A stretch of DNA of 39,946 nt from Minisyncoccota bacterium. Lineage in GTDB: Bacteria; Patescibacteriota; Minisyncoccia; UBA6257; UBA9933. Positions 8,799 to 16,700 of this stretch are shown one piece after another. How positions within the stretch are numbered: the stretch's first letter is position 1; each line of letters starts with the position of its first letter. The stretch is from contig JAZGAA010000020.1 of the NCBI GenBank assembly GCA_036444215.1, forward strand, positions 1 to 39,946, written 5' to 3'. Below the pieces are notes generated by a model. The model made no database searches and was not told the DNA's origin. It worked only from the letters and a program-made list of their open reading frames with translations. The translations under genes were made by a program, and so were the position numbers.

Positions 8799-10475
8799 AT
8801 GTTTAACAGAATACCTCAAATTCTTAAATCTTTTTCTCGTTATGAGCGATATATTTTTTTGGCCTCTTTTTTGGTATTTATCATTTCTTCTATTTTTCTT
8901 TTAATTAAGTTTATAAATCAGAACACCTTTCTGGTGTCGGTTAGCGGCGGAGAATATAGAGAAGGAATAATCGGTCAGCCGACTTTTATTAACCCAGTTT
9001 TAGTCGGTAATAATGATTCTGACAGAGATTTAACCGAATTGATTTTTAGCGACCTCCTTGATTTAGCTGAGAGTTATAAAATGAATAGCAAAGGTGCAGT
9101 TTGGAACGTTCGGCTTAAAGAAAATGTTTTTTGGCATGATGGGAAAACCATTACCAGCGATGATGTAATTTTTACAGTTAGAACCATTCAGGACTTCGAT
9201 ACTCGCTCTCCGTTCTTTTCTAATTGGCAGGGGGTAGTTGCCGAACGGATTAGTGAACGGGAAGTAAAATTTATTTTATCAGCCCCCTATGCGTTTTTTG
9301 AAGGCACACTTAAAGAATTAAAACCAATTCCCAAACATCTTTTTAGCGATATTCCGGCTGCTAATCTCAAGCTTTCTAATTATAATCTTGAACCAATTGG
9401 CAGCGGGTCGTTTAAATTTGATTCCCTTCAGAAACGCCGTGACGGTTTTATTACCGATTATAAACTTATAAGAAACGAAAATTATTTTGGCCAAAAGCCA
9501 TATCTGGACCAGATAATTTTTAAATTTTTTCTCAATAATAATGAATTAATTGAGGCTTTTAATTCCGGAGTAATTGATGGTTTTGGAGGCGTTAATCCGA
9601 AAAGCTTAACGGGCATTAAACTTGATTATCAGGTCTTTAAGCTTATAATGCCCAGATATTATGCTGTTTTTTTTAATGGCAATTCTCAGCCGTTATTAAG
9701 CGAGAGAAATATCCGGCTGGCCTTAGATTTAGCTACTGATCGTCAGACGATTATTGAAGAAGTTTTTTTAAATCATGCCATAGCTGCTTTTGGTCCTTTA
9801 ATTCCATCAATGGAAGGGTATAGCCCCGATATTTTTCAGGAGAATTCTTTGGGGTTTGAATTTGAAGAGGCTAATCAACTTTTAGATAATGATGGATGGC
9901 AGGTTAATGATGAAGGAATTCGGGAGAAAGATTTTACCAATGGCAAAAAAGAGGAAATTTTAAAGTTAGAATTTAAATTGGTTGTTCCGGAAATACCGTT
10001 TTTAACTGAAACAGCAAATATTATTCAGGAAGATTGGGGAAAAATCGGCGTTAAGTTAGATTTAATAATTCTCCAGCCGTCTGACATTAACAATGAAATA
10101 ATTAAAACTCGCGACTATGAAATGATTTTATTCGGCAATATTTTCGGAAGAAACCCCGACCTTTTCTCTTTTTGGCATTCTTCGGAAAGATTTTATCCCG
10201 GGCTAAACCTGTCTCTTTATGATAATGAAGAGGCAGATGCTTTAATTGAGTCAATCAGAGAGAGTTTAAAAGAAGAAAGCCGACAGCGAAATTTAAATAA
10301 ACTTCAACTGTTAATTATAGGTGACCAGCCGGCAATCTTTCTTTATTCTCCGTTTTATTTCTATATCAGCAAAAACCAACTCGGTGGTTTTGAGGAAAAA
10401 TTTATTCCTCTACCAAGTGAGCGTTTTGAAAATATTGAGAGATGGTATTTGAAAACAGAGAGAAGATTCAGGTAA
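8799..10475 (+). CDS. Membrane-anchored ABC-type substrate-binding protein, family 5 (peptide/nickel type), orphan
   Basis: 558 aa with an N-terminal TM anchor. It has SBP_bac_5-like blocks (W.DG..ITS.DV.FT, NP.Y, FGW, LIGDQPAIFLY). No permease or ATPase gene is adjacent. Confidence 0.7.
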   Translation: MFNRIPQILKSFSRYERYIFLASFLVFIISSIFLLIKFINQNTFLVSVSGGEYREGIIGQPTFINPVLVGNNDSDRDLTELIFSDLLDLAESYKMNSKGAVWNVRLKENVFWHDGKTITSDDVIFTVRTIQDFDTRSPFFSNWQGVVAERISEREVKFILSAPYAFFEGTLKELKPIPKHLFSDIPAANLKLSNYNLEPIGSGSFKFDSLQKRRDGFITDYKLIRNENYFGQKPYLDQIIFKFFLNNNELIEAFNSGVIDGFGGVNPKSLTGIKLDYQVFKLIMPRYYAVFFNGNSQPLLSERNIRLALDLATDRQTIIEEVFLNHAIAAFGPLIPSMEGYSPDIFQENSLGFEFEEANQLLDNDGWQVNDEGIREKDFTNGKKEEILKLEFKLVVPEIPFLTETANIIQEDWGKIGVKLDLIILQPSDINNEIIKTRDYEMILFGNIFGRNPDLFSFWHSSERFYPGLNLSLYDNEEADALIESIRESLKEESRQRNLNKLQLLIIGDQPAIFLYSPFYFYISKNQLGGFEEKFIPLPSERFENIERWYLKTERRFR

Positions 10476-10485
10476 AGGGCTTTGT

Positions 10486-10504
10486 CTCCGACGGAACGTC
10501 GGAG
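10486..10504 (+). other. GC-rich hairpin CTCCGACG-gaa-CGTCGGAG in the SBP/PGI-like intergenic gap
   Basis: It is a perfect 8-bp stem with a GAA loop and no U-tract. It lies inside the TTG-extended ORF-track start of the next gene. Confidence 0.4.
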
Positions 10505-10538
10505 GTACAAAACTGCTTTAAATTCAAACAACATTGGC

Positions 10539-11141
10539 ATGGAAAATTTTTGTGAAAAAGGAAAAATAGAATATAAAATCGGCTATGATGTGTGTCGAGG
10601 CAAAGATTGGCAAGGCGACCTACGTTATGATTTGACGCTTATTTACGCGAAAGACACGGCCAGAGAATTACCTCGGACATTCGGACATTATCACACACAA
10701 GGGTACGCTGAATTATTTGAAGTGATTGAAGGAAAAACAATGGCGTTTATACAGCAATACGGAGCCGAATCTGATATAATTGAGAAAGCGTATCTGATTG
10801 AGGCTAGTAAAGGAGATAAATTTATTATTCTACCGGACTTCGGCTTTACGAATATCAATCCGGACAAATCAAAAAACCTTCTTCTTTCAAACTGGACTAA
10901 TGTCAATGTTAAAAACCAGTATGATTTAATAAAGAAATACAACGGGTTTTGCTATCGTGCTTTAAGAAACGGGAACGGCAATATAACTTTTGAAAAAAAC
11001 GAAAATTACAAAAAAATTCCAGAACTTATTAAACTAAAGCCAAAAGAATTGCCCAAAGAACTGAAAAATCTGGATTTTTTGAGCGAGCCGGAAAAATATA
11101 AGGATGTTTTGAGAGTTGATAAATTATTTAAATTAGATTAA
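10539..11141 (+). CDS. Cupin-domain protein resembling archaeal-type (cupin) glucose-6-phosphate isomerase
   Basis: T-F-G-H-Y-H-x5-E-L-F fits the cPGI TxGHxH...ExY motif. The second motif is degenerate (LPDFGFTNIN, with no His). I moved the start from TTG 10482 to ATG 10539. Confidence 0.5.
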   Translation: MENFCEKGKIEYKIGYDVCRGKDWQGDLRYDLTLIYAKDTARELPRTFGHYHTQGYAELFEVIEGKTMAFIQQYGAESDIIEKAYLIEASKGDKFIILPDFGFTNINPDKSKNLLLSNWTNVNVKNQYDLIKKYNGFCYRALRNGNGNITFEKNENYKKIPELIKLKPKELPKELKNLDFLSEPEKYKDVLRVDKLFKLD

Positions 11142-11164
11142 TTTTATTGGGCTTTTATATTGTT

Positions 11165-11248
11165 GCCCAGGTGCTGGAATTGGCAGACAGGTTAGCTTCA
11201 GGAGCTAATGTCCGTAAGGACGTGTGGGTTCAAGTCCCACCCTGGGCA
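11165..11248 (+). tRNA. tRNA-Leu (anticodon CAG), long variable arm
   Basis: Manual cloverleaf: acceptor GCCCAGG/CCTGGGC, anticodon stem TTAGC/GCTAA with loop TTCAGGA, variable arm TGTCCGTAAGGACGT, T arm GTGGG-TTCAAGT-CCCAC. Confidence 0.88.
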
Positions 11249-11258
11249 CATGAATTAA

Positions 11259-11345
11259 ATTTCTAATTACTAATTTCTAATCAATTTTTAATGTTTTAAT
11301 TATTTAAACATTATAAAATTAGAAATTGGTTCAAAATTCAAAATT
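11259..11345. repeat. Iterated-word palindrome upstream of rnj
   Basis: ATTTCTAAT occurs twice (11259, 11273). The central arms are AATGTTT/AAACATT (11290-11312). There is an inverted copy ATTAGAAAT (11318) and CAAAATT occurs twice. Confidence 0.5.
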
Positions 11346-11360
11346 AGTTATTCTTAGTAT

Positions 11361-13073
11361 ATGTTTAAACAAAAAATAATTAAAACTACAAAAAGAACTC
11401 TTCAAAAAGAAGAGGCGGTTAGATTTATTCCGATTGGCGGGTTTGAGGAGGTTGGCCGCAATATGATGGTTTTTGAGTATAAAGATGAGATTATTGTTAT
11501 TGACGCCGGACTTCAGTTTCCTGAAGAAACAACCCCTGGGATTGACTACATAATTCCAAACATTGCTTATCTTGAAGAGAGAAAAGAAAATATTAAGGCA
11601 TTAATTATCACTCACGGCCATTATGACCACATCGGCGCCATTCCCCATATTATGGAGAAATTAGGAAATCCGACTATTTTTACAACATCAATTTCTAAAG
11701 AAATAATTAATAAGCGCCAAAGAGATTATTCTAATGCGCCAAAACTTAATTTTGAAATTATTAAAACTAATGACAGCCGCCAGCTTTCCAAGAATTTTAA
11801 GGCTGAATTTTTTGGGCTTGCGCATAATATCCCTGAAGGATTTGGTTTAACTTTAGATACTCCAATAGGGAAAATTGTCCATGGCGGAGAATTTAAGTTT
11901 GATTACGACATTAACGGCAAGCCGCGCGATTTGGATGTCTGGAAAAAGATTGGCGATAAAAAAATTCATACACTTTTACTTGAATCAACCGGGGCTGAAG
12001 AGCCGGGCTATTCGGTTTCTGAAAGAGTGGTAGAGCAAGAATTGGAAAATCTTTTTAAGAAAGCCGAAGGTCGGATTATTGTCGGCACTTTCGCTTCGCT
12101 TTTGGACCGCTTGGCGGAAATTATTAAAATCGCCGAACGGCTTAATAAAAAAATCGCCATTAGCGGATTTTCAATGAAAACAAACATTCAGATTGTCAGG
12201 AATCTTGGTTTTATGAAAGTTAAGAAAGGGACAATTATTCCTTTGGAGGAAATTAAAAAATATCACGATAACAAACTTTTAATTCTTTGCACTGGCGCTC
12301 AAGGCGAACCAAATGCCAGTTTAATGAGAATTGCTAACGGCGAACATCGCCATATCCAGATTAAAAAAGGCGACACAGTGATTTTATCATCGTCAATTGT
12401 TCCGGGAAACGAGAACAGCGTTCAGGTGATTAAAGACGACATTGCCCGCCAGGGCGCTTTGATTTACCACTATAAAATGATAGATATCCATTCCAGCGGA
12501 CATGCTCCTCAAGAAGAGTTGAAGACAGTCATGAAACTTGTCAGGCCAAAGTTTTTTATTCCAATGCACGGTTTTTATTTTATGCGTTGGAGAAACGCCC
12601 AGCACGCCCAAGAGGTATTAAATCTTAGACCAGAAGAAACAATAATAGCTGACAATGGCCAGGTTATTTTAATGGAAAAGAATTCAGTCAAAATAACTGA
12701 AGAAGATGTGCCGGCTTTTTATGTAATGGTTGACGGCTTAGGAGTTGGTGATGTTGGAGAGGTGGTTCTAAGAGACCGTCGGACATTAGCCCAGGAAGGA
12801 ATGGTAGTGATTATCGCTACTTTGGATCGCCAGACCGGTCGTTTTCTTAAAAATCCGGATATTATTTCCCGCGGTTTTATTTATCTTAGAGAAAGTAAAG
12901 AATTGGTTGAAGAGCTCAGAAGACGCATTAAGGGTATTATCAGCCGCATTCCCCGCCATCAGCATCTTGAGCCAGATTACATTAAATCTTTAATACGAGA
13001 CCAAATCGGCCAATTTTTGTATAATAAGACCAAGAGAAGACCGATGATATTACCGGTTGTAATTGAGGTGTAA
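11361..13073 (+). CDS. rnj: Ribonuclease J
   Basis: 570 aa. It has a metallo-beta-lactamase HGHYDH motif, beta-CASP blocks and a C-terminal domain. Confidence 0.9.
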   Translation: MFKQKIIKTTKRTLQKEEAVRFIPIGGFEEVGRNMMVFEYKDEIIVIDAGLQFPEETTPGIDYIIPNIAYLEERKENIKALIITHGHYDHIGAIPHIMEKLGNPTIFTTSISKEIINKRQRDYSNAPKLNFEIIKTNDSRQLSKNFKAEFFGLAHNIPEGFGLTLDTPIGKIVHGGEFKFDYDINGKPRDLDVWKKIGDKKIHTLLLESTGAEEPGYSVSERVVEQELENLFKKAEGRIIVGTFASLLDRLAEIIKIAERLNKKIAISGFSMKTNIQIVRNLGFMKVKKGTIIPLEEIKKYHDNKLLILCTGAQGEPNASLMRIANGEHRHIQIKKGDTVILSSSIVPGNENSVQVIKDDIARQGALIYHYKMIDIHSSGHAPQEELKTVMKLVRPKFFIPMHGFYFMRWRNAQHAQEVLNLRPEETIIADNGQVILMEKNSVKITEEDVPAFYVMVDGLGVGDVGEVVLRDRRTLAQEGMVVIIATLDRQTGRFLKNPDIISRGFIYLRESKELVEELRRRIKGIISRIPRHQHLEPDYIKSLIRDQIGQFLYNKTKRRPMILPVVIEV

Positions 13074-13079
13074 AAAATT

Positions 13080-14117
13080 ATGGGCAAACCAATTTTAATC
13101 TCCGGTGTTCAGCCGACTGGAAAACTTCATATTGGAAACTATTTCGGGGCTTTGAAGAATTTCGTTGATTTACAGAATTCTGGCCGTTATGAATGCTATT
13201 TTTTTGTTGCTGACCTTCACGCGCTTACGGAAAATCCGGACGCTAAAGATTTGAGCAAAAATATTTTAAATTTAGCGGCTGATTTTTTGGCGGCGGGACT
13301 TAGTCATGACAAATCAGTTATTTTTCAGCAATCGCAAGTTAAGTTCGTACAGGAGTTAAAGTGGATTTTGAGTACACTTACGCCGGTGAGTGAATTATTG
13401 CGCATGACAGCATTTAAGGAAAAAGTTTTGCAGCCGCTTAAGACCTCCGATAAAGAAAGAATTACAAAAGAGAAGTTCGATAAAATAGTTGAGAAATCAA
13501 ATTTCGGATTGGCAGAATACCCTGTTCTTATGGCCGCAGATATTTTGCTTTACGACGCCAAATTTGTTCCAGTTGGAGAAGATCAGCTGCAGCACTTGGA
13601 ATTCACTCGCGCTATAGCAAGAAAATTCAATCGTAGATTCGGAAAAACTTTTATTGAGCCAAAGCCGCTTTTAACAGAAGCGCCAAGGCTAATGAGTTTG
13701 GATAATCCGCATAAAAAGATGTCAAAATCTCAGCCGTCAGGATGCTTGTTTTTAGATGATTCGCCAAAAGAAATTAGTGAAAAAATCAAAAAAGCCGTCA
13801 CTGATTCCGGTAAAGAAATTAAATACGACTGGAAACGCAAACCGGCAATTTCTAACTTAATGAAGATATACGGAATTTTAAGCGGGCAGACAATAAAGAT
13901 GATAGAGAATAAATTTAAAAACAAAGGATACGGGGACTTTAAAAAGGATTTGGCTGAAGTCGTCATTAAACACCTCGTGCCTTTTCAAGAAAGGAAGAAA
14001 CAATTAAAAAGGCAGTCGTCCAAGATTAAAAAGATTATGGAAATCGGCAGTAAAAAAGCCAACAAAAAAGCGGAGAGAAAGATTAAAATAATAAAAAACA
14101 AAGTAGGTTTAATATAA
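13080..14117 (+). CDS. trpS: Tryptophan--tRNA ligase
   Basis: 345 aa. It has GVQPTGKLHIGNYFGA (HIGH-type), YPVLMAADIL, GEDQ.QH and KMSKS. There is an insertion of about 25 aa before YPVLMAAD. Confidence 0.9.
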   Translation: MGKPILISGVQPTGKLHIGNYFGALKNFVDLQNSGRYECYFFVADLHALTENPDAKDLSKNILNLAADFLAAGLSHDKSVIFQQSQVKFVQELKWILSTLTPVSELLRMTAFKEKVLQPLKTSDKERITKEKFDKIVEKSNFGLAEYPVLMAADILLYDAKFVPVGEDQLQHLEFTRAIARKFNRRFGKTFIEPKPLLTEAPRLMSLDNPHKKMSKSQPSGCLFLDDSPKEISEKIKKAVTDSGKEIKYDWKRKPAISNLMKIYGILSGQTIKMIENKFKNKGYGDFKKDLAEVVIKHLVPFQERKKQLKRQSSKIKKIMEIGSKKANKKAERKIKIIKNKVGLI

Positions 14118-14151
14118 AAAAACGGCTCAGATATATATGAGCCGTTTTTTT
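14116..14151. terminator. Bidirectional rho-independent terminator (trpS / dehydrogenase convergent pair)
   Basis: AAAAAACGGCTCA-gatatatat-GAGCCGTTTTTTT. Confidence 0.8.
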
Positions 14152-15160
14152 AGGCCTTAATCGGAAAAGTCGTCTCTCCTTTTTCCAAAAAAGATTTAAT
14201 ATTTTCAATATCCGTATTTAAAATTCGCTGGAGCGCTTCTTGAGTGTTAAAAGCGTTATGCGGCGTAATAATCACATTGGGCATATCAATTAAAACATGG
14301 TTTGCCAAAATAGTTTTTAAATCATGTTCTTTAGGATGTCCGTAGAGAAGAAAAGATTTTTCATCTTGGGTTGCACCTTCTTCTTCTAAAACATCTAAAC
14401 CAGCGCCGCTTAAAATTCTTTCATTTAATCCTTTAACCAAAGCAGCTGTTTCTACTACCGCGCCGCGAGAAGTATTTATAAGTATGGCGCCTTTTTTGAT
14501 TTTGTTGATATTTCCAGAATTTATTAAGTGATGAGTAGATTTAAGATATGGGATATGTAAACTAATGATGTCTGACTGACCGAGTAATTTATCCAAATCA
14601 ACGTACTGAAAATCCATTTCTTTACTAAGCTGCTTATTAGGATAAGCGTCAAAAGCAATTACATTCATATCAAACCCTTTGGCGATTTTTATCATATATT
14701 TACCAATCCGGCCAGTGCCGATAATCCCAATAGTTTTCCCTTTTAAGTCAAACCCCCTTAATCCTTCCAAAGAAAAACTGCCGGTTTCGCGAATGCGATC
14801 GTAGGCCTCATAAATTTTTCTGGAAAGAGTAAGAATCAAGCCAAAAGCCATCTCTGCAACGGTATTATCGCCATATCCCGGGACATAGGCGGTTTTAATG
14901 TTTTTTTCTTTAGTAGTTTTTAAATCTATATGGTCAAAGCCGGTTGAACGGGTGGTAATTAGTTTTAAATTAGGAAAATTATCAATAACTTCTTTATCAA
15001 TTTTTGAACCAACAAAAACCGAAATAATATCAGCATCTTTTTCAGCGGGCAGATTATCTTTATTTAGTTTATTTTCAGAAAATAAAATTTCCTGCTCAGG
15101 CAAAGCATTTTTCAAATAATCTTTTTCCCAGTTTTCAATTTCAAAAAAAGCTATGGACAT
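14150..15160 (-). CDS. D-isomer-specific 2-hydroxyacid dehydrogenase (D-lactate/glycerate dehydrogenase-like)
   Basis: 336 aa. It has the NAD fold GIIGTGRIGK and the catalytic-type blocks NTSRG..V and ITPH.A. Confidence 0.8.
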   Translation of the reverse strand: MSIAFFEIENWEKDYLKNALPEQEILFSENKLNKDNLPAEKDADIISVFVGSKIDKEVIDNFPNLKLITTRSTGFDHIDLKTTKEKNIKTAYVPGYGDNTVAEMAFGLILTLSRKIYEAYDRIRETGSFSLEGLRGFDLKGKTIGIIGTGRIGKYMIKIAKGFDMNVIAFDAYPNKQLSKEMDFQYVDLDKLLGQSDIISLHIPYLKSTHHLINSGNINKIKKGAILINTSRGAVVETAALVKGLNERILSGAGLDVLEEEGATQDEKSFLLYGHPKEHDLKTILANHVLIDMPNVIITPHNAFNTQEALQRILNTDIENIKSFLEKGETTFPIKA

Positions 15161-15172
15161 AATTAAATTATA

Positions 15173-15928
15173 TCATTCCGGTAACAAAATCCCAATACTA
15201 AATATCGCCAGAATTCCTAAAACAATTATGAAAAAATGAGAAAAGTCAGACCCTTTTGTTTTGCGATGAATATGAGGCAAGAGGTCAGTAGCGGCAATAT
15301 AAATAAACGAACCAGCAGCAAAAGACAATAAAAATGGAAGTTTGTTAATAAAAAGCGGCGCTGCCAAAAAAGCTATTATTGCCCCTAAAGGCGTTGCTAA
15401 GCTTGAGAGGAGATTTATAATAACTACTCTTCTTCTACTATAGCCAGCGTGAAGCAGAACGCCAAAATCACCGATTTCCTGAGGGATTTCATGAAAAAAG
15501 ACCGCTAAAGAAGTGGCGATTCCAACAGGTATGGAAACCAAAAAGCTTAGAACAATAATAACGCCGTCAATAAAATTGTGTATTGCGTCGCCAAAAATTA
15601 CAGTTGAAGTGAAAGTATGAGTTTCGCATTTTTCTTCATCGTGGCAGTGATGCCATTTCAAAAACTTCTCAAAAATAAAGAGTGTTAAAAAACCCAAAAG
15701 AACTGAGCCTAAAATTAGATTTTGGCGCAGCATGTTGCCGTTTAGTTTTAACGCCTCAGGAATTAAATCAAAAAAAGCTGCCCCCAAAAGAGCGCCAATA
15801 GCAAAACTTACCAGATAAAGAGAGAGGCGGCGAGCTAAATTTTCTTTATAAAGAAGAAATAATCCTCCAATTAAAGAAAAGATTCCGCCAAATATACTAG
15901 CACCGATGATCCAATATAATGTTTCCAT
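15173..15928 (-). CDS. ZIP-family divalent metal transporter
   Basis: 251 aa and polytopic. It has the HNF.DG and HEIPQEIGDF motifs typical of ZupT/ZIP. Confidence 0.8.
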   Translation of the reverse strand: METLYWIIGASIFGGIFSLIGGLFLLYKENLARRLSLYLVSFAIGALLGAAFFDLIPEALKLNGNMLRQNLILGSVLLGFLTLFIFEKFLKWHHCHDEEKCETHTFTSTVIFGDAIHNFIDGVIIVLSFLVSIPVGIATSLAVFFHEIPQEIGDFGVLLHAGYSRRRVVIINLLSSLATPLGAIIAFLAAPLFINKLPFLLSFAAGSFIYIAATDLLPHIHRKTKGSDFSHFFIIVLGILAIFSIGILLPE

Positions 15929-15936
15929 TTAATTTT

Positions 15937-16020
15937 ACTAATAGCCACTAATTTATAACGAATAGCCACTAATCACGAATTCGTGATTCGTAGCCATTAG
16001 TCAAGATTCGTGGCCATTCG
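15937..16020. repeat. Iterated-word palindrome between the clpP stop and the ZIP start
   Basis: AATAGCCACTAAT occurs twice (15940, 15961). The centre is an 18-nt perfect palindrome AATCACGAATTCGTGATT (15971-15988). The inverted word GATTCGT[AG]GCCATT occurs twice (15985, 16005). Confidence 0.7.
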
Positions 16021-16029
16021 TAGAGCTTT

Positions 16030-16614
16030 CTATCTCTTAGCCTTAATAATTTCATCAACTATGCCGTATTCTTTGGCTTCTTTGGCATTAAGCCAAAAGT
16101 CGCGGTCAGTGTCTTTTTCAATTTTAGACAACAGTTGTCCAGTATGTTTGGTTAAGATTTGGTTAATTTGGTCTTTAATTTTAATAATATGGCGGGCTGC
16201 AATCTCCACTTCTATGGCTTGTCCTTCACCGCCACCCATTACCTGGTGAAGCAGAATTTCGGAATTAGGCAGGATAAATCTTTTACCTTTTTTGCCGGCT
16301 GCCAAAAGCACTGCGCCCATTGAACCGGCAATTCCCACGCAGATGGTTGAGACATCAGGCTTGATGTGTTGAATAGTGTCATAAATCGCCAAGCCAGCCG
16401 TAACCATACCGCCAGGAGTATTGAGATAAAGCTTAATATCTTTTTTAGAATCTTCGTGTTCTAAAAACAATAATTGAGCAATTATTGTATTGGCAACCGC
16501 GTCGGTAATCGGACCGCCAAGAAAAATTATCCGTTCTTTTAATAAACGAGAATAGATATCATAAGCTCTTTCACCGTGTTGAGATTTTTCAATTACTGTA
16601 GGTATTAAATTCAT
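16030..16614 (-). CDS. clpP: ATP-dependent Clp protease proteolytic subunit
   Basis: 194 aa. It has [26 protein letters not shown] (active-site Ser context) and LLHQ. Confidence 0.93.
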   Translation of the reverse strand: MNLIPTVIEKSQHGERAYDIYSRLLKERIIFLGGPITDAVANTIIAQLLFLEHEDSKKDIKLYLNTPGGMVTAGLAIYDTIQHIKPDVSTICVGIAGSMGAVLLAAGKKGKRFILPNSEILLHQVMGGGEGQAIEVEIAARHIIKIKDQINQILTKHTGQLLSKIEKDTDRDFWLNAKEAKEYGIVDEIIKAKR

Positions 16615-16648
16615 ATATTTATTATCTATTTAAATATCAAAAAGTCAA
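16615..16648 (-). promoter_or_regulatory. Candidate sigma-70 promoter of clpP with near-leaderless geometry
   Basis: On the minus strand: TTGACT (16648-16643), a 16-nt spacer, GATAAT (16626-16621), 6 nt, then the ATG. Confidence 0.45.
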
Positions 16649-16668
16649 CTAAAAACCTATGAATTTAT

Positions 16669-16700
16669 CGGCTCAATCATATCTGAGCCGTTTGTTTTTT
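16669..16700. terminator. Hairpin CGGCTCA-atcatatc-TGAGCCG overlapping the 3' end of the symporter gene
   Basis: It is a 7-bp stem. The T-run (TTTGTTTTTT) is on the plus strand, while the flanking genes are on the minus strand. It uses the same stem word as the terminators at 14116 and 35955. Confidence 0.35.

Noticed and set aside
10482-10538. The TTG-extended N-terminus of the cupin protein, and likewise TTG 21568 for nusA, GTG 23733 for pnp, ATG 18056 for the symporter and ATG 25989 for SPFH.
   Set aside because: The extensions run through hairpins or repeat arrays and add residues not expected from homolog N-termini. In-frame ATG codons with better context (an SD or a -10 box at leaderless distance) lie just downstream. 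Starts remain uncertain without experimental data.
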